This document shows positions 42,401 through 54,400 of a stretch of DNA of 64,000 nucleotides, piece after piece. The notes below the pieces were generated by a model. It saw only the letters and a program-made list of their open reading frames with translations, was not told where the DNA came from and did no database searches. Positions within the stretch are counted from its first letter, which is position 1, and each line of letters starts with the position of its first letter. Position numbers and translations under genes: made by a program. This stretch comes from Malacoraja senta (taxonomy: Eukaryota). The stretch covers positions 19,904,001 through 19,968,000 of the forward strand of contig CM075989.1 of assembly GCA_038087875.1 (NCBI GenBank), given 5' to 3'.

Positions 42401-45400
42401 CAAGGTGCTTTAAGACCTGAAATGTCTCAAAATTTGATACCGAACCATATACTGCATGAAATCTCTGGCACCGTAAGGCAGCAGATCTACTCGTTATGAT
42501 GGATAATTGGTCAACTCAGTTATTGAATTGTAACATCAGTACCACAGCAGGCCCGGGAGCGTGAGTATCATGAGCGTTTGACGGCACCAGGCCTGTACTC
42601 GCTGGAGTTTAGAAGGATGAGGGGGATCCCATTGAAACGTACCGAATAATGAAAGGCCCGGGTGTGGAGAGGATGTTTCCACTAGTGGGTGGCATGGTGG
42701 GCTAGCGGTTGAGTCGTTAAAGCGCCATAAACCAGGGTTCAATCCTGACTACAGATGCTGTCTGTACAGAGTTTGTACGTTCTCCCCGTGATCGCGTGGG
42801 TTTTCTCCGAGATCTTCGGTTTCCTCCCACACTCCAAAGACGTACAGGTTTGGAGGTTGATTGACTTGGTATAAATGTAAAAAATGTCCCTAGTGTGTGC
42901 AGGATAGTGTTAATGTGCAGGGATCGCTGGTCAGCGTGGACTCGGTGGGCCGAAGGGCCTTTTTCCGCACTATATCTCTAAACTAAACTAGACCAGTGAG
43001 TGTCTATGACCAAAAGGCACCGCCTCAGAATAAAAGGGTGTTCCTTTAGAAAGGAGATGAGGAGGAATTTCTTTAGCCACAGGGTGATGAATCTGTGGAA
43101 TTCACTGCCACAGACGGCTGTGGAGGCCAAGTCACTTGGTATTTTTAAAGCGGAGATTGACAAGTTCTTGATTAGTAACAGTGTCAAAGGTTTCCGGCAG
43201 AAGGCAGGAGAATGGGGTTGAGAGGGAAAGATAGATCAGCCATGATTGAATGGCGGAGTGGGCTCAGGTTTTCTTACACAAAGATTGGTGAGTGCCTGGA
43301 ACGCACTGCCAGGGGGTGGGGGAGGGGCAGATATGAAAGTGAGGTTTAAAAGGTTTATGGATAGGCACATGGATATGCAGGGAATGGAGGGATAAGGATC
43401 GTGTGCAGGCAGAGGAGATTAATTTAACTTGGCACTGTGTTCGCCTGGGTATTGTACTATTACCATTCGGGGAATCTTCCGACAAGCAGACCGGAAATGT
43501 GTGGTCACCATGGGATCACTACTGAGCGAATTTTAAAGTTTGGTCTTTTGTAACTTGTGAATAAATCAATTTACTGACAATCTAAGTCAGTTTGATTGCA
43601 ATATTCTACCTCCTACAATGTTGTTCAGTGTGCAGCTTTTAGGACCATGCAAATAATTGAAGTCACAGGCATGGAAATAAATATTGCAAATCATTTTGTT
43701 TTACTGCTGATTTCACCAGGAGAGATATTTCCTGGTCTGTTTCTCCCATTCCCACACCGACCTTTCGCAGTGGAGTTGTGGAACAATCTCCGGAGAGAGG
43801 AGGAGAACTTCTTCAAAGTAGGCATACCTTGACGAGATTTCGCAGTGGAGGCTTGAACATTGAATTCTCCCAATTCTGCTAGCCCTTGCTGTCCCCTCCC
43901 CTTCATCAGCCATCTGGTTGTCTCCTCCCCTCCCCCAGCCCTCGGGCTCCTCCTCCGCCTTTTTCCTTTTTTCCTTTCTTCTCCCCACCCCCTATCAGTC
44001 TGAAGAAGGGTTTCGACCCGAAACGTTACCTATTTCCTTCGCTCAATAGATGCTGCTGCACCCGCTGAGTTTCTCCAGCATTTTTGTATACCCACACCGA
44101 CCTTTCTGTCCTGGGCCCTCCTCCACTGTCAGCCTGAGGCCACACATAAACTGGAGCAAAAGAACCTCATATTTCGCTTGGGCAACCTTCAACCCAGAAT
44201 TTTGATTTATCTAACTTGAAGTAACCTTTGCATTTCCCTTTCTTTCCCGTCCCTCCCCAATCCTAGTCATCCATCTAGTTTCACTATCGTCCTGCTTAGT
44301 TTCAGTGCTTCACTCATTAGTTTAACTCGTTATCACCCTCTCCACAGACAACAGTGGACCATGATGGCCTCCATTATGGTCTGACGATGGGACTCGACCC
44401 GAAACGTCACCCATTCATTCTCTCTAGAGATGCTGCCTCACCCGCTGAGTTACTCCAGCATTTTGTGTCCACCTTCGAGTTAAACCAGCATCTGCAGTTC
44501 TCTCTTCCACATTATGGCCTCCACCTGTCCTTGATTATCTTTGCCAGCTTTGATTTATTCTTTTACATACCTTTCATTCAATTGCTCTTTGTACCTCTTC
44601 ATATCTCTAGTTTCCCTCTCCCCTGCCTCTCAGTCTTGAGAAAGGGTCTCGACACGAAACATCTTCTATTCCTTTTCTCTGTCCTACCCCCACCCCCCAG
44701 TTCTCTACTACTTTCACTGTCCTGAATAATTTTACTGTTTGTATGCCTCAGTCACCTTCCCCTCAGCTGACAAGGAACGATTGTAGATTTCCTTGAGCAT
44801 CGTCTGCTTTGATCCGTCCTTTTCACACCTCACATTCTCTTTGTACCCTTCCATATCTCTAGTTTCCCTCCCCCATAAGTCTGAAGAAGGATCTTGACCC
44901 AAAACATCACCCAATCCTTCGCTCCAGAGATGCTGCCTGTCCTCTGATTTACTCCAACATTTTGTGTCTGTCTTCGGTTTAAACCAGCATCTGAAGTTCC
45001 TTCCTACACATAAAATATCCATCGACCTCCGTTGGGAAATTTAAATTGTTTAACAGCTGGCATAAACATTTTTTTGGACTAAAGGATAATTTCCCAGAAT
45101 AGTGAGCTAAAAATTCAGTTGGACAAAATCCAAGGTACTGCCTCCGACCAGAATATACATTGAGAACCCACGGAGGGGTAGTTTACACTGTCTGCTGACT
45201 GCCCGGTTTAAAATGTTGGCCAATTGTGGTTTTAATAGTGGTTTATAGTTATAAAGGGGCGCATAATGCTACATGTGAACTCCTGTTAGAGTCTAATCTT
45301 CCGTGCCCCGATATGACATTTAAACAAAAAGTTTCAGAATAGTTTTAGTTTCGGAGACACAACATGGAAACAGGCCCTTCGGCCCGCCGAGGCCATACCG

Positions 45401-48400
45401 ACCATCCATCAACAGTCCACGCTCGGTCTATGTTACCCAACTTTCGCATCCACTCCCTTCACACGAGGGGCAGATTACAGAGGGCCAATTAACCGACGAA
45501 CCCGCACGCCTCTGAGATGTGGGAGGAAACCGGAGCACCCGGAGGAAACCCACGCCGTCTCAGGGAGAACGTGCAAACTCCACACAGACAGCACCCGAGG
45601 TCAGGATCAAACCAGAGTCTCTGGCACTGTGAGGCAGCAGCTCTACCAGCTGCGCACTGTGCCACCCAGATCAGCCAGTTGTGCTTTGACAACTATTATC
45701 AAAATGTATATGACATCTATTTAGTGATTGAGGCTAAAAACCAAAACAGATTGAAGCGCTCATTTGCAGGTGAGAGGGGCAAAGTTTAAAGGAGATGTGT
45801 CAGGCAAGTTTTTTACACAGAGAGTAATGGGTGCCTGGAAGGTGCTGCCAGGGGTGGTGGTGGTGGTAGATACCACAGTGGTGTTTAAGAGGCTTTTAGA
45901 TAGGCACATGGAGGGATATGGATCACGTGCAGACAGAGGAGATTAGTTAACTTGGCATCATGTTCGGCACAGACACAGTGGGCCAAAGCCTCTGTTCCTG
46001 TGCTATACTGTTCTATGTTTAGATTAGCTTAATTTAGAGATATAAGCCCTTCGGCCCACCGAGTCCGCGCCGACCAGCGATCCCCGCACATTAACACAAT
46101 CCTACACACACTGGGGACTATTTACATTTACATAAAGCCAATTAGCTTCTAAACCTGTACATCTATGGAGTGTTTAATAAGAAACTGCAGATGCTGGAAA
46201 ATCGAAGGTAGAGAAAAATGCTGGAGAAACTCAGCGGGTGAGGCAGCATCTATGGGGCGAAGGAAATAGGCAACGTTTCGGGTCGAGACCCTTCTTCAGG
46301 GAGGATCTCGGGGGAAAACCCACGCAAGTCACGGGGAGAACGTACATACTCCCTACAGGCAGTAGTCGGGATCGAACCCAGGTCTCTGGCGCTGCAAACG
46401 CTGTACGGCAGCAACTCTACCGTACAGAATACGCCAAGAAGTCATCTTAGTCAGCTCTCCGCTGGGGAGCTCCTGTTGTTAGTAACATAGAAAATAGGTG
46501 TAGGAGTAGGTCATTCGGCCCTTCAAGCCAGCACCGTCATTCACTATGATCATGGCTGATCATCCAAAATCAATACCCCGTTCCAGCTTTTTCCCCATAT
46601 CCCTTAATTCCGTTAGCCCTATGAGTTAAATCTAACTCTCTCTTGAAAACATCCAGTGAATTGGCCTCCACTGCCTTCTGCGGCAGAGATTTGCACAGAT
46701 TCACAACTTCTAATTCAAAAGCGTCCACGTCACGGGGCTGGAAACTGGAAGTATCTAGAGCTACTTCTGCCACCACCATCATCTATTGCAACAAGTGATG
46801 GCTCCCACTGATTGTCGCCGGTAGCTTGCGTCCTTTTCAGGACGGACGATGACAGCGAGGTCAACATTTGAAACATGGAAGATGGACATGAAAGACAAAG
46901 ACTGTTTGTCCATTACATGACACACACCCCACTGCCTCGAGCCCTCTCACTGCAGGGTGACAGTGGGTTTCGAAGCCGCTTGAACCCAGCATTGATGTGA
47001 AGGCCTGTGGCCTCCACTATCGGTATAATTGTAAACTGTGCCATGTGTGTGTGGGATAGCGTTAGTGTGCGGGAATTGCTGGTTGGAGCAGTCTTGGTGG
47101 GCCGAAGGGCCTGTTTCCGTGCTGTTTCTTTAAACTAATCTAAACTATTCACAGGCCACACATGCACAAATACATTTGGGGGAAGTAATGTCATAATGTG
47201 CCCCTCTGAGAATAGCAGCCTAAGTACTCAAGTATGTTCTACAGATGATTTTTTAATTAAGTTCCTTTGTGTGAGGCACAATATTTAATCCTTTATGCAA
47301 AATAAATTCAATGACCACTCTATTAAAATGCATCACATCCAATTGTTTTGTTCTTTTAATGGAATCGTGTGGAATCCCATAAGTGGTTGGTTTTCTGGCA
47401 TATAACAGGCTTAATAGATGTCATTAATCAAGTTATACCACCCAATAAATGTATGAGATTGTTGCAAAGTAGATTTCCTAATATGAAGGATACATGGAAG
47501 GAGATTAAAAAGCTGCTGCTGCTACTGTTGCATTGACTAACGTTGTCTGAAGCCACACTCAGTAAATTCAAGAATCAAGAGTGTATAATTGTCATGTGCC
47601 AGCTGCTGAACAATGAAATTCTCACTTAATGCCACCGAACGGGTCAATTAATGAAATAGCACACAAATAAATATCCAATAATCAAAAATACAGTGAACAA
47701 TAATACTAATATTAGCTGTTATCAGGTGTTATCAGCTGTTATCAGGCAACTGAACCATCCTAACAACCAGAGAGCAGTCCTGAACTACTATCTACCTCTT
47801 TGATGACCCACAGACTATCCATGATCGGTCTTTGTTGGCTTTACCTTGCACTAAACGTTATTCCCTTATCATGTATCTATACACTGTAAATGGCTCGATT
47901 GTAAACATGTATTGTCTTTCTGCTGACTGGATAGCACACAACAAAAGCTTTTCACTGTGCCTCGGTACACGTGACAATAAACTAAACTGAACTATAATCA
48001 TAGTAGTACAAAACTCAAGTTTAGTGCAACCAAAGACACAGTCCATAGAAGATCAGAGTTGCTGAAGTTAGTATTGTGTAGTGTTCAAGAGCCTGATGAT
48101 TGTTGGGAAGAAGCTATTCTTGAACCTGGTGGCCATGGGTTTCAGGCTCCTGTACCTTCGTCCCAATGGTAGCAGCGAGATGAGAGCCTGGCCAGGGTGG
48201 TGTGGGTCTTTGATGATATTGGCTGCCTTATTCAGGCAGCACCTCCTGTAGATCCTGTCAATAGTGGTGAGGGCATTACCGTTAGACTGTAGCGATACAG
48301 CGCAGAAACAAGCCCCCTCATTGAGCCCACGTCGGCCAGCGATCACCCCATACACTAGCACTATCCTACACACTAGGGACAATTTACAATTTTACCAAAG

Positions 48401-51400
48401 CCAATTAATCCAGAATCCTGTAGGTCTTTAGTGTGTGGGAGAAAACCGGAGCACCCGGAGAAAACCCAGACGGTCACGGGGAGAGCGTACAAACTCCGTA
48501 CAGACAGTACACATAGTCAGGATCGAACCCGGGTCTCTGGCGCTGTAAGGCAACAGCTCTACCGCTGCGCCACCGTGTCATCGATCTAGGTAGAGGCATC
48601 CTCCAGTTGAGATATGATGTCGGATTGCTGGGTATGCTCTGTGTTTCTTGTCATATGGAGGCTTGATTTCCTCATCACTTTCATTGAACCATTTTGGTTG
48701 TTTCTGTGTCTTCGGTCCAAGCTGCCCGTGATGGACCAGGCAGTTTCTAACACTCTCTGTAATCTCCGTACATTCCTGGACGTTCAGGTTTCTGAGCCAG
48801 GCCGTGATGCAACCAGCCAGTCTGCTCTCTACAGGACACCAATAGCGTTTCTATAGAATATTCGGCGACGTACTGAATTCACCAGAGAGGACCACTGTAA
48901 TAAGGTCATAATGAATGGGAGTAGAATTAGGCCATTCGGCTCATCAAGTCTACTCCACCATTCAATCATGGCTGATCTATCTTTCCCTTTCAACCCCATT
49001 TTCCTGCCTTGTTCCCATAACGTCTGACATCTGCACCAATCAAGAATCTACCGATCTCTGCCTTAAAAATATCCACTGACTTGGCCTCCACAGCCTTCTG
49101 TGGCAAAGAATTCCACAGATTCACCACCCTCTGACTAAAGGGCCTGTCCCACTTTGGTGTCATTTGCGCGTCACGCAGATGGCGCGCGAAGATTTTGTAC
49201 ATAACCAAAACCTTGGGGCGCCGCGCGTCACTGCCTACATCACCACGCACCATGCGCGCATCACGTGACGCGTAAATGATGTCGCTTAAATGACGCGCAA
49301 ATGACGCCCAAGTGGGACAGGCCCTTAAAGAAATTTCTCCTCATCTCCTTCCACAAAGAAAGTAATATGTTGGTTGGTAGCAGTGAGGATCTCAGGCTGG
49401 AGAATGATGAACTGTACTGAGTAATTCTGCATTTGCTGAAATGTGTCCTATTGCAATTTGCTAGATAAAGTTTTTACTGAGCTTGGGTCTTCCCCAGGTA
49501 TTGGCCTTGGCTTTAAGTGACTCATGCAGTGACCTCAGTAACTGGCTTTGGGTGGTTCTATTACATCCTGGAACTGTTCCCAGAAATAAATTAGGAGCTA
49601 ACTAACTCATTGAGCAGTAAGACCTATTTGTTGTGACAACTCTTAAATAACTTCTGCAGGGCAGTCACTTTCAGCTGAGCACTTATAGTCCCCAACCAGG
49701 TGACCCCAATGTTCACTTGCATGCTAGGTTGTACACAAATAGGCTCCAGGGGTAACGAGGTGGGAGAGGCAGTACCTCCTGTGAGGGGCAACTTTTCCAC
49801 ACAGAGGGTGGTGGGTATATGGAACATAGCTGCCTGAGGAGGTCGTTGAGGCAGGTACAAGAACAACATATAAAAGACATTTGAACAGGTACATGGATTG
49901 GAAAGGTTTAGAGGGATATGGGCCAAACCTGGGCAGGTGGGACTAATGTAGATGAGGTATCTTGGTCGGCATGGGTAAGTTGGGCCGAAGGGCCTGTTAC
50001 CTTGCTGTCTAACTCTACGACTATCTGGCTATAAAACTTCAGAAAAGTTCCCTGTTGTAAACTAATGAATATCTCAATGGAATTAACTATCTGTCTAGTT
50101 TAGTTTAGAGGTTTAATTTAGAAATACAGAGCGGAAACAGGCCCTTAGGGCTCACCGAGTCCACGCTGTCCACCGATCCCCGCAAATTAACACTACTCTA
50201 CACACACTAGGGACAATTTCACATTTACACCAAGCCAATTAACTCACAAACATGTACGTCTTTGGCGAGTGGGTGGAAAATGAAGATCTTGGAGAAAACC
50301 CATGCAAGTTACGGGGTGAAAGTACAAATTGTGTGCAGACAAGCACCCGTGGTCAGGATCGAACCCAGGTCTCTGGCGCTGTAAGGCAGTAGCTCTACTG
50401 CTACACCAATGTGCAGCCCATGTTCTTGTTTCGTTTAGAGGAGATACAGCATAGAAACAGGCCCTTCAGCCCTCCGTGTCCATGCCGACCATCGATCGCC
50501 CATTCACACCTGCTTACACAAGTGGTCATTTTACAGAGCCTGATTCACCTACAAACCCACACGTCTTTGGAGTGTGGGAGAAAACCGAAGCACCCGGAAA
50601 AACCCACACGGTCACAGGGAGAACATACACACTCCGTACAGATAGCACCCATAGTCAGGATCAAACCCAGGTCTCTGGCGCTGCAAGGCAGCAACTCTAC
50701 CGATACGCCACTGTTCTGCCCCTAACCTTTACTTTAAAACTCTGCCTAGTACCATACGACCTCTATTGCAATGTTATCCTCAGCCTTTATCTATTTCTCT
50801 TGATGGGTATTTCCCCCTCTTTCTCTGAGGTATTGCTACCCTCTCTCTACATATTTTTATCGTAATGACAGGAAATGCACATGACAAAGATTAAGATGAA
50901 AATGACAAATGAGGCTGGAGGGTAGTAATTATCATTCGTGGAATTATTACATGCAGTGACTGACCAAGTAGGTTTAGAGGGATACGGTTCAAATGCGGGC
51001 AAATTGGACTCGCTTAGGTGGAATATCATTGTCAAAGGGGCTGTTTCTGTGCTGTTTGACTCTCTAACTCCATAAAAGGAGAAGAGGTTTTTGTTGAAGA
51101 TAAACACAAAATGCTGGAGTAACTCAGCGGGACAGGCAGCATCTCTGGAGAGAAGGAATGGATGACATTTCGGGTCGAAACACTTCCTCAGACTAAAGTA
51201 GTTCTTGTTTGTAATTGCTGAATTCTTTGTTGAAACCAGCTTTTGGAAAACACCTCCCCTTCCTTTTAACACCTGATCAAATGTGTAATTTGATTGAGTC
51301 AGTATATTTCTTGGTTCACTCATTTGCTAACTCGCCATCTGGTGTTGGGAAGCTTACCAGAACCTGACTGAGGAAAACTGTCTGCTTTGGGAAATGTCCT

Positions 51401-54400
51401 GGCAAGGAAACAAATCTTATCAGTCGAAGACCCAAAACATTGAACAGAGTGTGTTACATTCCACACTCCAGTACACACACTGAACTTTCATTCTCATTTG
51501 TTATATTGTTCACAGAGTACTATGTTTACATCGAAGATAGGCACAAAAAGCTGGAGTAACTCAGTGGGACAGGCAGCATCTCTGGAGAGAAGGAATGGGT
51601 GACGTTTTGGGTCGAGGCCTTTCTTCAGACTAGTTATGGATAAGGGAAATGGGAGATATTGATGATGATGTAGAGAGACAAAGAACAATGAATGAAAGAC
51701 ATGCAAAAAGTGACGATGTTAAAGGAAACAGGCCATTGTTAGCTGTTACATATTCTGTTGTGCTGCTGAAGTTCATTGTTTATGACAATAAAACACTCTT
51801 GTCTCTTGACTTGTCACCAATCTGAAGAAAAGTCACAACTTGAAACGTCATCGGTCTATTCCATCCGAGCCGAGTTCAATTTAACTTTATCGGCCTTCAA
51901 TGCTACAGTATTTATTTAAACTAAAAGTTGTGTCCTATATCCTTTAGCTTTCCACTGTGGATGGCTTGATAGTAATGTATAGTCTTTTTGAGTGTACAGC
52001 ATGCAAAGAAAATCTTTCCACTATATCTTGTGCACGTGACAATAATAGACAAACTAAACATTAGTCGAGCACTTTGTATTTTATGCCACCTGTTATATTC
52101 ATAAATTCATAAGTTCATAAGTGATATGAGCAGAATTAGACCATTCAACCCATCAAGTCTACTCCGCCATTCAATCATGGCTGATCTATCTCTCCCTCCT
52201 AATCCCATTCTCCTGCCTCTCCCCATAACCCCTGACACCCGTACTAATCAAGAATCTATCTAGCTCTGCCTTAAAAAATTACCCATTGACTTGGCCTCCA
52301 CATACTTCTGTGGCAATGTATTCCACAGACTCACCACCCTCTGACTAAAGAAATTCCTCCTCATCTCCTTCCGAAAGGAACGTCCTTTAATTATGGAGTA
52401 CTATCTGTGTGTGTGACTTTGTTTCCCAGAAACCAGGCCCATATTTTGTGATGGCTAGTTTTGTTCATTGTATTTAAAGAACAGATGCAAACTGTTCCAA
52501 TTTCTGGAGCAGTTATGTTGTTGAGGTGTGCTTTGTGCATTTTATTCTCGTAGAAAATAAAGAGTGAAAAATGTAATCCCGATTGGAATGCATATCGCTT
52601 AATATGCAGACCCAAAAAGTGATGATGTTGGGGACAAGGCAGGTGGTGCTGTGTTGTTACTGACAAAAAAATTAATCATGTGTTAAAAGAATGAAAGGAA
52701 TAAACTTTCATAAGTTTGTAAGTAATAGGAGCAGAATTAGGCCATCGAAGTCTACTCTCCATTCAATCATGGCTGATCTATCTCTCCTTCCTAACCCATT
52801 CTCCTCCCCACAGCCCCCGACTTTGCTAGGATGATGCTAGGATTGTCCAGACTGTTTTAACATTGCAGCTGTATAACGTGTATGAAACGCAAACTGCTGG
52901 ATTAATTTATCGGGTCACGACGTTTCTGGTCGGGACCCTTCTTCAGACTGAGGAATGGTTCCGTCCCGAAGCGTCATCTATCTATGTCCTCCACATATGC
53001 TGTCTGAGTTAATCCAGCACTTTGTGTTTTACTCAAGATTCCAGCACCTGCAGTTCGGAAAGAACAAAGGAGGACCCGGTGTGTGGGGGCCGCCGTGAGG
53101 GAGGGGGAGGGGTAGGGGGGAGAACGGGCGGGGGGAGGGGGGGGATTTGTAGCTTTGTCCACGCCCTTTATGTGGCAACTATTTGCATACCTTTTTTATG
53201 CGAGCAAAGAATTTCACTGTGACTTGTCCCATGTGACAATAAAGTATTCAATTCCTTGTGTCTCCTGTATAACTTGCACATATTTTAACTGACTGGATGG
53301 CACACAAACCAATGCTTTTCACTGCACCTCGGTCCACATGACAATAGTACGCCAATACTGTTGGGTGGGTTTTGTGCGTTGTACTGATGCAGTTCTTGTC
53401 TCATTTTTGCGGCAGGCGAGATCATTTGCGAGCCACCCAACAACAAACTGGACAAATTCACCGGGACTCTGTTTTGGAAAGACAAGAAGTATTCACTTAA
53501 TAATGAAAAGATGCTTCTTCGAAGCTGCGTTCTGCGGAACACAGGATGGTGCTTTGGTCTGGTTATCTTTGCAGGTAAATTCTTCTTATTCCTCTTAAAT
53601 AAAGCTACTAATGGTACAAGTGCTTGGTGTTATGCTGGGTTTCTGGAGCGTTGAGGTGTTCTATAGTTATAGAGTCACACAGCACGAAAACAGGCCCTTC
53701 AGCCCAACTTGTCTATACCGACCAAGATGCTCCATCCAAGATAGTATCACCTGCCCTCGTTTGGCTCATGTTCAAAAGTTCACATTATAGTAGAACTCGG
53801 CCCATCGAATCCACTCCGACATTCAATCATGGCTGATCTCTGCATCCTAATCCCATTCTCCTGCCTTCTCCCCATAACCCTTCACACCCGTTCGAATCAA
53901 GAATTTGTCTATCTCTGCCTTAGAAATAACCACTGACTTGGCCTCCACAGCCCTCTGTGGCAATGAGTTCCACAGATTAACTACCCTCTGACTAAAGAAG
54001 TTCCTCCTCACCTCCTTTCTAAAAGAGTGCCCTTTAATTCTGAGGCTATGACCTCTGGTCTTTGACTCTCTCACCAGTGGGAACATCCTCCCCACATCCA
54101 CTCTATCTATGCCTTTCATTATTCTGTAAGTTTCAATGAGGTCCCCCCTCAACCTTCTAAACTCCAGCGAGTACAGGCCCAGTGCTGTCAAACGCTCATC
54201 ATACGCTTCTAAACTTTTCCTATCCATGTACCTGTCCAAATGTCTAAAATGTTGTTATTGTACCTGCCTCAATTACCTCCTCTGGCAGCTTGTTCCATAC
54301 ACTCACCAACTACTGTGTGAAAAAGTTGCCCCTCCGGTTCCTTTTAAATCTTTCTCCTCATCTTAAACCTGTGTCCTCTGTTTATTGATTCCCCAACCTG

